This document shows, piece by piece, positions 30,539 through 45,602 of a stretch of 64,000 bases of DNA. The position numbers and the translations under genes were made by a program. The stretch lies in the sequence record MK250019.1, one strand, 5' to 3'. Each line of letters opens with the position of its first letter. The stretch's first letter is position 1. The notes under the pieces are model-generated. The model made no database searches, had not been told where the DNA came from, and was given only the letters and a program-made list of their open reading frames with translations.

Positions 30539-33500
30539 TTATATTGCATATCCAGAATTTCCAGTTGATTTATTATCAGAATTTGCATTTTGCTTTGCTT
30601 GCCATGCCCTATCCATTGCAGCTTTATCAACATCCTAAAATTTATGTATATCATCAACTATATATGTATTTCGTTTAGGCTGTTTTATTGATTGCATCTT
30701 CATATGTTTATGAGGCGGAATATGAGGCTTATTATCCTATAACTTCATATTTTTCTATCTACTTCGTAATTCATCATATGTTGATTCTATAATATCCGCA
30801 AGAGATAACATATCTTCTGTACTTATATTATCTAATTCATTAATATCTATTGACGTTAATGCTTTTAATTTTTCTGTAAGTTTTTTATCATCTGTAATAT
30901 TTACTAATTTCATTTCTGGTTTATAATCATTATTATCAGTAATATTATCAAATAACATTGCGGAAGGAATATCATCTGTAATAACAGGTTTATTCATTAC
31001 CATTTCTGATTTTTCATTAACAGATGTATTAGAAATAAATGGAATATTTGCAGTTGAACTATTATTAATATTCTATGTCATTTGCATATCTATAATACTT
31101 TCATTCTTTAATAACTTACTCATTACCATCTTTGTTTTATATTCATTTGCATTTAATTCTGTCATACTCATATCAGGATTATTATCAACAAATTCTGTAT
31201 GTGTCATCTGCATATTAGGTATAGACGAATCAGTATTTAATCTTGTCATATCCATATCAGATAATGAAGTATTTGATATTACTTCTGTCATTTTCATACT
31301 CGGATTTTCAGTAATCTAATCGATATTAGTCATTTTCATATCAGATGTAGAAGCATTCATATCAAGATGAATCATATCCATATTTGCAATAGATACATCA
31401 TTATTAGTAGTTGTTAATATCATATCAGGTAATGATGTATCAGTTATAGGGTAAATAAAATCCATATCAGAAGTAGAAACATCTATATTAAGATGTATCA
31501 TATCCATATTTGCTGTAGATATATTCTAGTTTAATGTTGTCATATCCATATTTGCAATAGATGAATTCTGTATTAACTGTAACATCTAACCATTAGCAAT
31601 AGAAGTATTAGATATAAGTGTTGTCATATCCATATTTGCTATAGAAACATTCTAATTTAATGACGTCATATCCATATTTGTTATAGATGTATTTTGACGT
31701 AATGATGTCATATTCATTTTTGGATTTGTCTATTGAGAATTTAACATAATCATATCCGTAGGATTTGTCTAATCTGTAATTTCAATATTATTCATTAATG
31801 TTGAAGATTTGAATGTATCATTTTCTGTTGGAATTAAACCAGATGTTGGCTTAGAAAGATACATATCCATTGTTGTCATTTGATTATGTGCCTATGGTCT
31901 TGCATCGCCTTCTAATGGTTGTAAATTATGCTGTTCTTTACTAATAGTCTATGGATTATTTACTAATGTCATAGATGAATTACTTACATCCTATGATACT
32001 GGTATAAATGTCATTGAATTATGATCTGAATTTATATTATTAGTAACTAAATTCATTGATGCCTTACTTGTATCTATATATGTTGAATCATTACTCATAT
32101 TCATATCGTTATGATCTGTATTTAATTCAGGTTTTGTATACTCCATTGAATTATGTTCTGTATTAATCTATGGTTCTACAAATGTCATTGAATTATGTTC
32201 TGTATTCATAACAGGTGAAATATAATTCATATCATTATGTTCATCATTTATATCAGGATTAACATAATTCATATCATTATGATCTAAATTCATTTCTGGA
32301 GAAACATAATTCTAATCAGTCTTACTAAGATTAAATTCTGGTTCTACATAATTATGATGTTCTTTATGTAGATTCATTTCTGGTTCTACATAATTCTAAT
32401 CAACTTTATCAAGATTAAATTCTGGTTCTACATAACTATGATGATTTTTATGTAAATTCATTTCTGGAGAAACATAATTCATATCATTATGATCTAAATT
32501 CATTTCTGGAGAAACATAATTCTAATCAGATTTATCAAGATTAAATTCTGGTTCTACATAATTATGTTTATTTTTGTCTAAATTCATTTCAGGTGAAACA
32601 TAATTCTAATCAACTTTATCCAAATTCATATATGGTTTAATATAATCCATAATACTATGGTCTAAATTAAACTCAGGCTCAACATATGTTTGATTTGGTT
32701 TATTAAGATTAAACTCTGGTTTAATATAATTCTATTTAAATTTATCGAGATTAAATTCTGGTTTCACATAATTCATATCATTATGATCTAAATTCATTTC
32801 TGGTGAAATATAATTCATATCATTATGCTCTAAATTAAATTCTGGTGTTATATAATCATATTCTGGTTTATCTAGATTTTCATCAAGTTCTGTATAATTC
32901 TATGATATTTTATCTAAGTTTTCATTCAGATGAATATAATTATGTTCAGGTTTTTCAAGATTTTTCTAAATAGAAGGATCAATTAATCCAAAACTTGCAT
33001 CACTTCCAATAATCTGAATTTTTGGTTCTAACTTAGTTGCAGATGTATCTATAATACCTGGATCTATTATATTATAATATGCATTACTTCCTACAACATA
33101 AGTATTTCTTAACATATGTAATAACATTACCTTTATACGATTTTTCATCTATTGCTAAGCTTTAACAACATCTGGACCGCATAAAAGTTGCTCATGATCA
33201 TATATATAAGACCATTCATATGGTCTCTATAAATCATTATAGAACTAATCTCTGTCTGGATTTCTAGAATCACGAACTAATACAGGTCTTGAATGAATAA
33301 CTTTTTTAAGATATTTTTTCAAATCCTTCCATGAACTTATAGTATAAAGATTATCTCTTACATTTGCCTCATGCCAACTATTATCTGGTAATTGTGGACC
33401 ATATACATCTGCAGTTCCATATAATTTGTCATAATCTGCATTATCACCAACTTTATGTGTAATTTCTTTATCAAAATATGCAGTATATTCAGATGGCATC

Positions 33501-34699
33501 ATAAACATACGTCTCATCCATCTTGTTCTGAAATTCGCATGATTATCTGCATTAGTTGATGTATAGTCATTTCGTTCTGATATGGACTAAAAATCAGAAA
33601 TCCAATTAACTGTATTTTTTACATTTGAATTTGGTTTATGGTCTGTCTAATTAGGATCTAATGCATCTATCTTTTTCATTAAACCATTAGAATAAAATGT
33701 TTTTACATTTTTTACAGAAATTGTTATTTTTGTTTCTGCATCTTTATGTTCATCATATGCAGTTGCATACTCATTATCCCATATTGATTCAATATCAATT
33801 TCACATGGACCGCATTCTAACGCATATATAGGAAAGTCGTTTTGCTCTACACTATATACAGCAGTTGCATTTCCTGTAGATTTATCCCATTTATAACCAG
33901 TCTATAAAATACGTCTGTCAAATACATAAATAATCATTTTGAAATATCTATATATATCTGGTAATATCCATCTTTGCCAAACATCATCATATGCAGCTTT
34001 TCTATACATTTCCAATAATGTACGAATTTTCAAATCAATTCCTTCATAACATTCTAATGTAATCTTTGCATCCTTAAGTCGTACTCCTTTTCCCGGTTCA
34101 AATGATGTCAGTTTTTCTAATCCCGTAATTTTTTTGAACAGATAAGGCATACTTCTCTATATTTCATAAAGACCTTGAACAAATGTTTTAATATAAGATG
34201 CACGCGCATCTTCATTCCTGTTCATCAGATAATTATATGTATTATAATGTTCTTGATTACTCCAATTTTCCGTATTATCAAATTCTAAAAAATTTAAATC
34301 AAGTAAACCCATTGGAAATTGATCATAATCTTCATAATATATATTATTATAAAGACTTGTTTTCTATTGGTTCTTTATTGTTTCTGTATCAAGAACTGAA
34401 CAACCCCAATCACCAAATTCAACTTTAAACATAAGTCGAGTAGGATCTTCAAAACCTGATCTGAATACTTCAGAAGACATATCAGTACCATATTCATTTC
34501 CCATATGAAATCGTTCCATGATTTCATTCTGTTCCATAAATCGTCCAGATGATAAAATCCACGATTCACTGTCAGTTACTTTCTACTCTAATTCATTTGT
34601 TTTAGTATCTCCAGTAAGTAATGAATTAAATCCTTTTAAAAAATTGTATGCAGAATTTGTCTTTTTATTTAAGCCTTTTAATGTACTAAAAATACCCAT
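30539..34699 (-). CDS. Large structural protein (1386 aa, code 15): tail-tube/baseplate-like N-terminal domain + long 14-aa tandem repeats
   Basis: Six track ORFs share one frame and are joined by TAGs (both ends and part of the interior translated by hand). Contains ITLECYEGIDLKIRTLLEMYRKAAYD...WILPD and repeats EMNLDHNDMNYVSP / NMDMTSLNQNVSIA. Confidence 0.7.
31070..32960 (-). repeat. 42-nt (14-aa) coding tandem repeat array, two sub-families
   Basis: The unit CATTTCTGGAGAAACATAATTCATATCATTATGATCTAAATT (42 nt) recurs about 32050-32960; a MDMT-type 42-nt unit recurs about 31070-31740. Confidence 0.85.
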
Positions 34700-34715
34700 A
34701 ATTTAATTAATCATT

Positions 34716-36266
34716 TTATTTTACTGGTGTAATGAATGGTGTTTTATTAGGATTATTCGGTGTATCTACCAATATCAATTTACTTTCATTTCGTGTTACT
34801 GGTGAATACATATCTAATTTATAATTATCTCCTATTTCATATTCATTTTCATATAATCTGATATTACACATCTATATATTACATCCCTTATCTTCTATAC
34901 TAAATTCATGTACAGAAAAATCAGATATATTCCAAGCAATAGTTGTATCTGTTTTAACAACATCTTCTATTACGCGATCACCAACTTCCTTCGGTGTACT
35001 TATTAATATTCTAGTATTATCAGGTGATATATCTAACATAATATAAGACCATATATCAAATTCAAAATTAATAGGTATATGTTTAGATTTATTACCTACC
35101 TATATCTATAATTCATTCTATCTTATAAGAACGTCAAATGTTATTTTACTATTTTCATCATAACCTCTGATTAATTTATAAATATTAGTTTTATAAATTT
35201 TCAAAAATTGTGAATTTTCATACCATTTTGTTAATTTCTTATTTGCTTTTGCCATATCAGAATTTTTAATGGCAATACCCAATGATTCAACACATTCATC
35301 AAGTTCAACAACAACTGCATTAACTTTTATTAATGTTCCTCTTGTTATTGTTACATTATCTCCTAATTCTAATTTTATTGAAGTGGAAACTCTAAAATAC
35401 CAATTATCAGAATCTTTAGAATAATATACCAATTTTATTACTTTACTATCTTGAATATAACTATTGAGAAAACACCAGCATGAATATATAAGATGATTTC
35501 TTGATGATGATATTTCATATAATAATTCATCATTATATGTAATATTTTTTGATGCAATAGAAAAATCATAATACGCATTTGATATAAGATTTCCATTTGA
35601 ACCAAATATCTAATTTGATACTATAGAATCTATGTCATAATCCTTCTGAGGATCTACATAAGTTGTATTATTATATGATGTTTCTACTGGTGCATCTACA
35701 TCTGCTACTTCTTCTGATATAGTATCTCCAAATAATTCTTCTTGTGATGTTGTAAGTTCTTCTACAGAATCTCTAAATTCCTATGTTTCTTTTCTAGATG
35801 CAGTTGGACTATATTTTGATAAAATAACTTTATAATATGTAGGTAATGCAGCTATTGTATAAATTAATTCAGAAGACTATACTTCAAATAATTTATGATA
35901 AATCTATACATATACAATATCTCCTTTCTATGGCATAGTATTATTTCCAAACATATTTTGCCATTCCTATATAGTTATATTAATTTCAAGGGGCTAAACA
36001 TAATTAAGACCATATAAATCAATAGTATATTCTCCTGGATTATAGTCTGGATTTGAAACAATAACTTTAACAATTTTAGGACATTCGAGACCTACCTATG
36101 TTAATGTATATTCCTATAAAACAACATCTTCAGAATTGATGACAGGTGTTGCACGCGCCCATAAACAGTCAGTACCAACAGTCTCTGTCGCAGACTGTTG
36201 GATTTCCTTTACTGTTTCATACGCGGATTTTATAATTTCATTAATATCAATTCCTAAACCTGCCAT
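34716..36266 (-). CDS. Neck/head-completion protein, T4 gp14-like, with C-terminal extension (code 15)
   Basis: DLYGLNY...MPQKGDIVYVQIYHKLFEV resembles gp14 PREGDLIYFPMDNSLFEI; TAA stop at 34716. Confidence 0.7.
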
Positions 36267-36268
36267 AA

Positions 36269-37978
36269 TTAATTATTTAATGTTTCATTTATTTTTTGTT
36301 CCATTGAAGATAATTCATTACATAATTCTTTAATATTATGTATACGTATCTTTATTTGATTACTATCTTCCTAACATCTTTTTAATTTCTATTCTTTCGC
36401 CCATGTTGACATATATGCATCTTCCTTATTATTCGCATATGTATCTTTAAATGATGATATAGCAATCTATATATTACCATATTGTTGTAACATATTATTT
36501 AACAATTTACTATATACACCATATAACATCATAAGTGATTTAAATTTTATAACGTCATTCCTGTATATATTTTTAATTTCATTACATAATACTTTACCTG
36601 TTTGTGTAAATGCCTATAACTATGGTAATATTTCCTTTAATTCTTTATTAAAATTAGAAATGCCTATTTTTGATCTATTCTATGCAATTAATTTTTTATA
36701 TCTCAAAATATTAGCTCTTGCTATTTTATTGCAATAATCATCTGTTCCATATAATTTCTCATAATCATATGATTCTAATTTTCTACCAAACGCAAAAAGT
36801 TCTGATGATTTTCCACCAGCATATGGATGATATTTTCCTAAAATATCTTTAGTCCATTTATATATCTTTCGTTGCTATTCTTCAAAATCTAATTTTCTCT
36901 GACGTGTTTTTTCTGTATCCAATTTAAACTCATTGTATCCTTTTAAATTAGAATCATCCATTTTTCGTTTACCATTATCTTTAGTTGATATAACATTTCC
37001 ATCATAATCTTTATGTCCACTTTCTGGTATATAAACAATGAAATAATCATCATTTGAATTTCCCCAACCAGTAAACTTATTTAACTTACTTGATTTTGAA
37101 TATGGATTAGCACCGACTTTCTATAATTTCTTTTTAAAATCTCCATATGCATTTATATATTTCGACAAATCTAAAAAATTCTTCACAAAACCTATTCCAC
37201 ATAATTCTCGTTTATCACCACCACGAGATAAACGAGCAACAGTAGGATATGTTAATACAGTTCCGTCTTTTAATGTCTATGTTAAATTATTAACAATAAG
37301 ATTATCTTTCTTGCATGCGTCTTCAATAATTTCCGGTGTTAATTTATGTGCTTGAAAACTTTGCCACACACGTCCATCTTCAAATGTTATATTTTCATTA
37401 TCTATAGCAAATAATACCATTCTGCCATATACAGAAACTACAAGAATTTTACCTTCTGAATTAAACCAAAATATTGCATATTCATTAATGTATTGTTTTA
37501 GATCCTTATTTTTCTTTAAATCCGATACGGTATACTTTTTAAAGTTTTCATCTGTTAAATTAAATAAATCCAATTTCTGCATAGGAAAAGTTCCATCCGC
37601 ATTACTTAATATTACAGAAGATAATACCTAAGGATCTGGTTTAATAAACAATTTTGATGTATAATCTTTATATAATTCTAATGTTTGCATATATTTGTCA
37701 TGTAATGCTTTCTTCTATTCATCTGTTTTTATAGATTCATGTTGATAACTATACGAATCATATGCTTCAGTTGAATATACAGGAAATGTATTAGAAATAA
37801 TATCATTTAATATTTCAAATTGATTTAATGCTTTTTTATACATTGTTCCAGGATATGGTTGTTTATAATATGTAAACATCTTTCCTTTATCATTAAGAAT
37901 ATCATGAATAACTGTATCTGACTATAAACGTTCAGTTAAATATTTTTCAGTAATATATTTTTTTAAACTAAATTGCAT
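36269..37978 (-). CDS. Hypothetical protein (569 aa, code 15), N-terminal YITEKYLTE
   Basis: Open frame from ATG 37978 to TAA 36269 with TAG=Gln; includes track ORF 37277..37582. Confidence 0.65.
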
Positions 37979-38068
37979 AATGATAGATTTATTCTATTTT
38001 TATTATTTATTTGATAATATAGTATATGTTGAAATAAATAATAAAACCAATATTTTATTATTTACAAA

Positions 38069-40657
38069 ATGGGACTTAATATTAATAGCATAGGAGAACA
38101 ATTTAAAAACGGTTTTATAGATAAATTTAATAAAGATATATCAAATGAGGATTTAGATAGAGTTATTTCACAAATGACAACATTAACTAATTCATCTACA
38201 TACTCATAGCAAAACAGTCCGTTATATGGTACATTTAAATATGCAATAGATTCATCTAAATCATTAGATAGTTTTGAACCTGGTGGCTCAATAAATGATG
38301 AAATAACGGAATATCGTGCATGGGATCCAAGACTTGCACGTGTTGATGGGTTTGTGTCTCGTAGTTCAACAAGTGATGATCATCCTACTGTTGTTCCATT
38401 CGCCTCTGAAACAGCAGCTGGCGCATTTTATGATTTAGTATTTACTGCAGAAAAAGCAGTAGGTGACAAAATGACAGGGTCTACAACGCATAAAGAAAAA
38501 CCAAAAGAAACTGATAAAAATGGACAACAACAAACATCGTCATCAGAAAAATATTATACTGTTACAGAAGATGGTGAAACAATACCAGATGTAAAGTTAT
38601 CAACTAAAAACTTTTATATATCAAATACGTCAAACGGAGAAAAAATAAAAAATACTATATTAAATGATGGTAATTCATATGGTGTTGCTTCTATTGTTAA
38701 CCCATATACATTAACTAAATTATGTGGAGGACTTGTAAAAGCAAAATCAAATAGTACAGAAAAAAATAGTGATGACATATAGGTAGAAAACCATATGTAT
38801 GATATACGAAATTCACGTAGATTTTATGGTGATGTAATGGAAAAGGGTGGAGATGTTTTAACTGTATCAAATCCTACAACTACTAATATTATTACATGGA
38901 GTAATAAAGATAAATGGGGAAGAACACCTTATTATTTTTAGGATTTTGTATTTTGCAAATATTGGAATGTTATACCTAATAACAGGTTAATTACATTAAG
39001 AAAGTATCATGCACCTGTATATGATAACCTTCAATTTTCTAATATGTTTGATGGAACAACTGCAACACCATTTGCACCTATTGCTACTGTTATAACTTAT
39101 TTTGGTGATGATACTGGTAATACATTATCTTCTTTATTCGGATTTACTGCTGGTACTAAATGGAAAGAAATAACATCTGATGTATATGATGTACAAGGAG
39201 AAAGTGGTTCAGACCCTCATGCACTTATTGATGAAATGTTTACTGGAGGTGGAGGATTTCCTACAGGTGAATCAAATATTATGAAAAATATTATTGGTGG
39301 AACTAATTTATTAACAGGTAAAATGTTTTCATTAGGTAAATTTGTTGGATTATTAAGTCCTGGTGGTTATAATATGGGTAAAGATCAAAAAACATTTGAT
39401 AAATTATCACAAGCAAATGTAGATCCATCTGAACAACTTTACAGCAACAAAATAAAAGGTCCTGTTAATAGAATTAATATGACTAAAGCAAGAGATGCTG
39501 GAATTACATTTGATTAGAAATTCAGTTTAACATGTCAATATATAGCCAGACCTATTGGTGGTGTTAATACAAAAGCAGCAATGCTTGATATTTTATCAAA
39601 CTGTATGGAAATGGCATCAGCTGATGCAGTATTCTGGGGTGGTGGATATAGATTTAATATACACCCACATATGTATCCATTTAAAAACACTGCGTTTAAA
39701 AATAGAATTATGGATGATTTATATGCAGGTAGAATATTCGGTAAAGATGGTGCATTATCTCATACTGTTGAAGGTATAAAAAGTTTTGGAACAGATTCAA
39801 CTGGTTCATTTTCATGGAGTGAAATAGGTAAACATTTAAGTGAATATCTTGGTGAAACATTGGGTGCGTTAGGTGAAATGTTTAACACATTACAAAACAT
39901 GGTATTCGGTACAAATGGTAGTTCTATTGGTGATTGGCTAAAAGGAAAAGGTAATGATGTTGGTGATGGTGAGTCTGGAGATAAAGGTGCAAAAAAATTA
40001 AATTCGCTTGGTTAGAATCTTAATATGATGTGGAGATCTAAAGTTATACAAGCATCAACAATGCCATCTATAACTGGTATGCGTGCATTATTAACTGGTG
40101 AACCTGTCGGTAACTGGCATTTAACAGTTGGAAATCCTTTAAATCCTATTATGGTAATAGGTAATCTTATATGTACTGATATGAAAGTTGAAGTAGGAGA
40201 AGAATTAGGACCAGATGATTTCCCAACAGAATTAAAAGTAGTTTATACATTAGAGCATGGTATGCCTCGTGATAAATCTGGAATTCAATCTATGTTTAAT
40301 AGAGGTAGCGGACGTATATATCAGTTACCCGACTGGATAAGAGCATCATCTGATTATGAGTCAAAAGTTGATAATTTTACGGGAGGAAGTAATTTTTATC
40401 AGCCAAAATATATGAGTGCATCAAAAATGATGGCAATCGGAGGTGCTCATGGTTATTAGACATATAAAATAGATAAAGGAAAAAATCCTGCAATGGATGA
40501 ACATACATCTAATACAGTAATAGCAAAATTTACTCCACCTGACGTAGATGCGGCTATTAGCAATATTGTTGATAAATCATCTTCATTTTTTGGTTCTAAT
40601 AATTCATCAAGAGCATGGATTAGAGGTACAGCAGCAACTAGAAAACTTATGAATTAA
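38069..40657 (+). CDS. Putative baseplate/tail-tube-initiator protein (862 aa, code 15)
   Basis: Four track ORFs are one frame. C-terminal GNLICTDMKVEVGEELGPDDFPTELKVVYTL has a tube-fold-like pattern; the gene is adjacent to the gp53-like gene. Confidence 0.55.
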
Positions 40658-40662
40658 TTAAA

Positions 40663-41397
40663 ATGTTTACTTATACAATAGATAAAAAACCGACAATTAT
40701 AGATTCAAAAGGAAATACAATAGTTAATTTTATTACACCATTATTTACAAAAAATTCAACAGGTGTTAAAGACTATTAGATAATGCGAATAAATGCAGAT
40801 AAGTATTAGATGAGACCTGATCTTATATCAATGGCGATGTATGGTGATATTGATGAAGCTGAATATATTTTAAAGTTTTCAGGTATTTCAAATCCTTTTT
40901 CATTAGATAAAGATGATGTATTAAAAATACCGAATGATTAGGAAGTTTACGGTATGATGGAAGTTAATACACCAAGTGATGATAATGAAGATGCAATTGA
41001 TAATGAAGCAGAAATCAGACATAGTTTTAAATATTATGATCCTACATTAAACCCTTATAATAAAGATGGATAGTCTTATAGAGATCTTGAAAATAAGAAA
41101 ATACCTTCAGGTATTATAGATAAAGGTAAGATTGTTAATAAAACAGGTAATATAATGGTTCCATATATTTCTGAAGATGGAAGAACTGCAGTTACTATCA
41201 GAAATGGTAAAGTATATTTTGGAGAAGATAGTGGTTTAAATATTGCTTCATCTGAAAAAATATCATAGGTTGCAAATATTACATCAACTATATAGAACGC
41301 TATAAATAATACAATGACAAAATTATCAGATTCGAATTGTTTATATAACGGTTCGAACTTAGCAGATTTTGTAAGAACAAATTTTAATAATAACTGA
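40663..41397 (+). CDS. Baseplate wedge protein, T4 gp53/LysM(tail X)-like (code 15)
   Basis: RPDLISMAMYGDIDEAEYILKFSGISNPFSLDKDDVLKIP. Confidence 0.75.
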
Positions 41398-41404
41398 TTG
41401 AAAT

Positions 41405-44400
41405 ATGAATACAAAATATCCTATAAATGGTAGAGTTGCCACATTAAATGACATAGTACATGAATATGGTGCTTCTTCCTCATGGCCTAAAACTACTGTT
41501 TATCCATTTATCGATACACCAGAAAAAATTGTGTCTTAGCCTTTTTAGAATTTAGTATTTAAAGATGCTTTAGATGCTAATAATAAATTCGTCGGTGAAA
41601 GACCATATGAAATTGTTTATTTTGATAATGTATATTCAAATACAGAAAGAGATACTACTGGTAAACATATGAAAATTATACAGAAACGTGATTCTGATGT
41701 ATTTAGTGGTTTATATCCAGGAGGAATGTCTGGACATGAATATATAAAAGCAGGTGATGTAGCAAATCCATTAAAGATAATAGAAGGCAAATATGGTTTT
41801 AAATTTATAGTAGCAAGTTAGAATGATAAAAAACAATACTATTATAATTATAGAACATCTACTGGTGAAGCTACTGTTATGTATGCATTAAGAAATATAA
41901 TTAAAATATTAAAAAAACAAGGTATTGCGAATTTATCAGAATCTTTTAAACCGTTATTTATTCCTGAAAAAACGGAAGACGGTGATAATAAGTATCATAT
42001 TGATAATATTATAGATAAAAATAATGAGTTGAAGAGTGACGCATATAAGTATTTAGGAGATTTTATATGGACATATAAAAATATAAACATTAAAAATTAT
42101 ACAAGAACAGAATAGTCTATTTTAAATATTGCAGAAAGTAAAGGTTATTTAACGTTAAATAATAATAGTGTAAATAGTATTAATACATTATTAAAAAATT
42201 GGTTAGGTGACAATAAAGATGACAATTATTCGTATAATCAAGAATCTGATTATAATCAACTTAAATATTATTTAAATATTTTTGCAAATTCGTAGAGATT
42301 TTTCGTAAGTTATGTTACAGGATTTAGATTTGGAAAGATTTCAAATAAATCATATTTACAGATAGAACCTGTATTAAGATGTGATCTTGGTGCATTTGTA
42401 TTATATAACTCTATTGAAATTTTATCATCAATTCATGATTATCGTACTGCATTACCATAGAGTGATATTTCACCATCTACACAACTTGATATTATATTAA
42501 AATATAAAGTGACATATGAAAATATAAGTAAAGAATCAACACCTATAACAACAACTATATCATTAACATGGTATGATATTATTAATCATACAACGGAAGA
42601 TAAAAACATATGGTTTACTTTAAGAAATGCAGTATGTGATGAAGATAGCGTTATTGAATACTATAAAAAAAATCATAAGAAATTTGGAAAATATGTATAC
42701 GGTGATGAGAACTTTTTTTTTGATATTAAAAAGAAAACAACATCATTAGGTATTTTAGATTGGCCAGTTGAAGATGGAGGATTATTATTAACTGATGAAA
42801 CTGAATTTAAAAATATAATAAATAATCCATCATATAATAAAAATGGAATAACAAATTATGCAAATACATCAGATCCAAGTACATTTGGTAAAAATAAAAA
42901 CAAAGAGGATATAAAAAATACTATTGCAGGACAATTTGCACCTTTTGGTACATTAAGAATGCATAATTTTTTAGATAAAGATAATGACAAATCTGGATAC
43001 TATTGTGATGTTGATATACTTAGATGTAAAAATTTTTATATGATACAATAGAATTTAAAAGTTTCAAATATTGGTATTAATATTTATTATAGCATACCAT
43101 ATGATACTATAATACCAAATACTTGTGTAAGATTAATATCTAAATCTTTTGAAGAAGCTGGAACATCAGATGATAATATAGCAGTAAATGATAAACCATA
43201 TAAAATATTAGAATGGCAACAAGAGTTGGATGAAAATATAATATATTCTATTCCAAATAATAGTGATAATGAAGTATTTATAACTATATCTAGTTCTTCT
43301 GCTAAAGTAAGATTATATGCATCAGGCAAAACTAAACCAATAACATCAACATAGAAAGACTCATATATTAATAATTTAAATCTGGAATTATATTATCTAG
43401 ATCAACAAACATGGTAGCTTGCAGAAAAGGGAGTAGATTATATTATTAATGCATATACACGAACAAATACTTTACCATATTATTCATTTAAATTTACAAA
43501 TTCAACTACAACACATGTATTTTGGAAATTTAAATTTAATGATATAAAATAGTTTTTATATTTCAGATCAAATAATATTCAAAGGAATGATAAACAACAA
43601 TTAACAATAATATCTTTATATGTATAGGATGAAAATTCTGCAACTATAGAATAGAAGGTTAGAGGTTTAAATAATATAGATATATCTTTATAGTATTTAA
43701 TATATCATGCTGATACTAATGCAGAATCATATACAAACGGTACAACATGTTTAAATTGTTTCACGCAAGCGTTTATTAGATAGTCTACAACATAGAATCA
43801 AAATGCATATGTAAATAAAAATCAAAGGTTCTATATAGAACCTTTATCATTCAAGACATCAGATTCATATCAATATCAAGAATTTAATACAATAACGCAT
43901 AAACCATTTAATGTTGCTTATAAAACATCAACAGTTATGAATAAAAAGAATATTTATAAATTTGAACAATGTAGTACATTATTTGGAAAAGATATTGATA
44001 ATCGTAGAGTTCGAATAGATACATTAACTACAGAAACATAGCCTTCAATATATTTAGCATTTGAACCAATATATATAATAGAATTTGGTTCAATACAGTA
44101 TTCTACTGAAATTGATAAAAATGATGGAAAGCTATTAGTGGAAGATGAATGTAACACACGTTATAAAGATAATATATCGCTAAATATATTTAAATATAGA
44201 ATAAATTCAGGTGCAAGTGCATCATCAATAAATTTACAAGATAAGATTAATAATTTAAATATATTATCATTATATACTACTGATATATTTATTGATAGTG
44301 ATTTCTTAAAAATACTAAGTACTTCAATTGATGAAGATCTACAATAGATTTCATAGTAGTATTTAATAAGTTATGATGTTGTAATATCATCGTATGATTT

Positions 44401-44968
44401 CACATCAACGAATTATGTAGAACAAGGTCGTGCTTCTATTTCAAATGGTCTTACAAAATCTCAAATTAATGAAAATTTTTATAAAATAAAATTTGACCCA
44501 AATAAACAATATCTTGTGGATGTTATATTTACAAAGTATAGAAAACGTACGAGTGAAATAGCTTGTACATTCTTTTGTACAGATTCACGATTTGATGGTT
44601 TTATAACACTATTAATTACAGAATTACCTAAAGGTTATAACGGAGAATTATCTAACATTAAGGTTCCACCATATTATAGTACTCCTGGAAGTACACGCCC
44701 GATAAGTTTACCTATTGGATGTACTGTTAATCTTAAACATAATTTTGATGCGTTATTAAAAGCAAATGGAGATAAAATAAAATGGAATGGATGGATTTAT
44801 CCAGGTGTAACTGAACCAGACATAAATAAGGAGATAACGTTTAAAATAGGAGATACATCAAATATATCAATTACTGCAAATTTATATGCAGATCCTTCAA
44901 TTACTGTAAATTCACAGTCTACACCAACAACTCCTTCTACACCAGATACATCTAATAATAAACCATAA
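41405..44968 (+). CDS. Large putative structural protein (1187 aa, code 15)
   Basis: Track ORFs 41879, 42509, 44138 and 44516 are all in frame; the largest gap was translated without TAA/TGA. Followed by a terminator. Confidence 0.6.
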
Positions 44969-45067
44969 AAATAAAAAATCCAAACAACCTAACATTGTTT
45001 GGATTTTTTATTTTATAAAATAATTTATAAAGTTAACAGTGGGAATATTCATTTTATTAAAAACATT

Positions 45068-45544
45068 TTACTCAAGACCTAACTTAATACGGTTAGAAAT
45101 AAGGTTCCATACTGTATTTGTAATGAAGTTTTCCTTAAGTTTCTTACCAACAGCAGGTTCAATATCTGATTTAAATGTTTCTACTACATATTTACCATTT
45201 CCAGAACGATATGCTTCTGTAATAGCAACAAGATTTTTCTTAGTCTGTTTCTCTATATAAAGACGAATATCATCCTTAGTTGAATTCGCGCTAAGAGTAA
45301 TCATATTTTCATTTAAGAGTTTAATACCTGCTTTATTAATTCCTGTTTTAGGTGACCAGTATTCAAATACTTTCTTGGCCATTTCTTTTTTCTGATCAGC
45401 AGGAAGATCTGACATATTTCCAGTAATCATATATGTCTCTTTAAGTACGTTAATAACGGCTACTTTCTGAGATTCATATAATTTCTCATGAGCCTCAAGT
45501 ACCTATTTTTTACTATTATTATATACTGTACTAAAACTTTTCAT
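45068..45544 (-). CDS. Hypothetical, putative head-associated protein (code 15)
   Basis: Extends to ATG 45544 through one TAG: MKSFSTVYNNSKKQVLEAHEKLYESQK. Confidence 0.65.
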
Positions 45545-45602
45545 TTGCTTGAATTTAAATGTTTTTATTTATTATTTTATTTATCTATGTTTTTATAAAA
45601 AA

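Noticed and set aside
31070-32960. CRISPR array
   Set aside because: The units are contiguous, degenerate 42-nt in-frame coding repeats with no unique spacers, and no cas genes are present.
34198-34706. Track ORFs 34198..34428, 34375..34569, 34518..34706 and 36136..36333
   Set aside because: They are alternative-frame or antisense shadows of the long code-15 genes on the minus strand.
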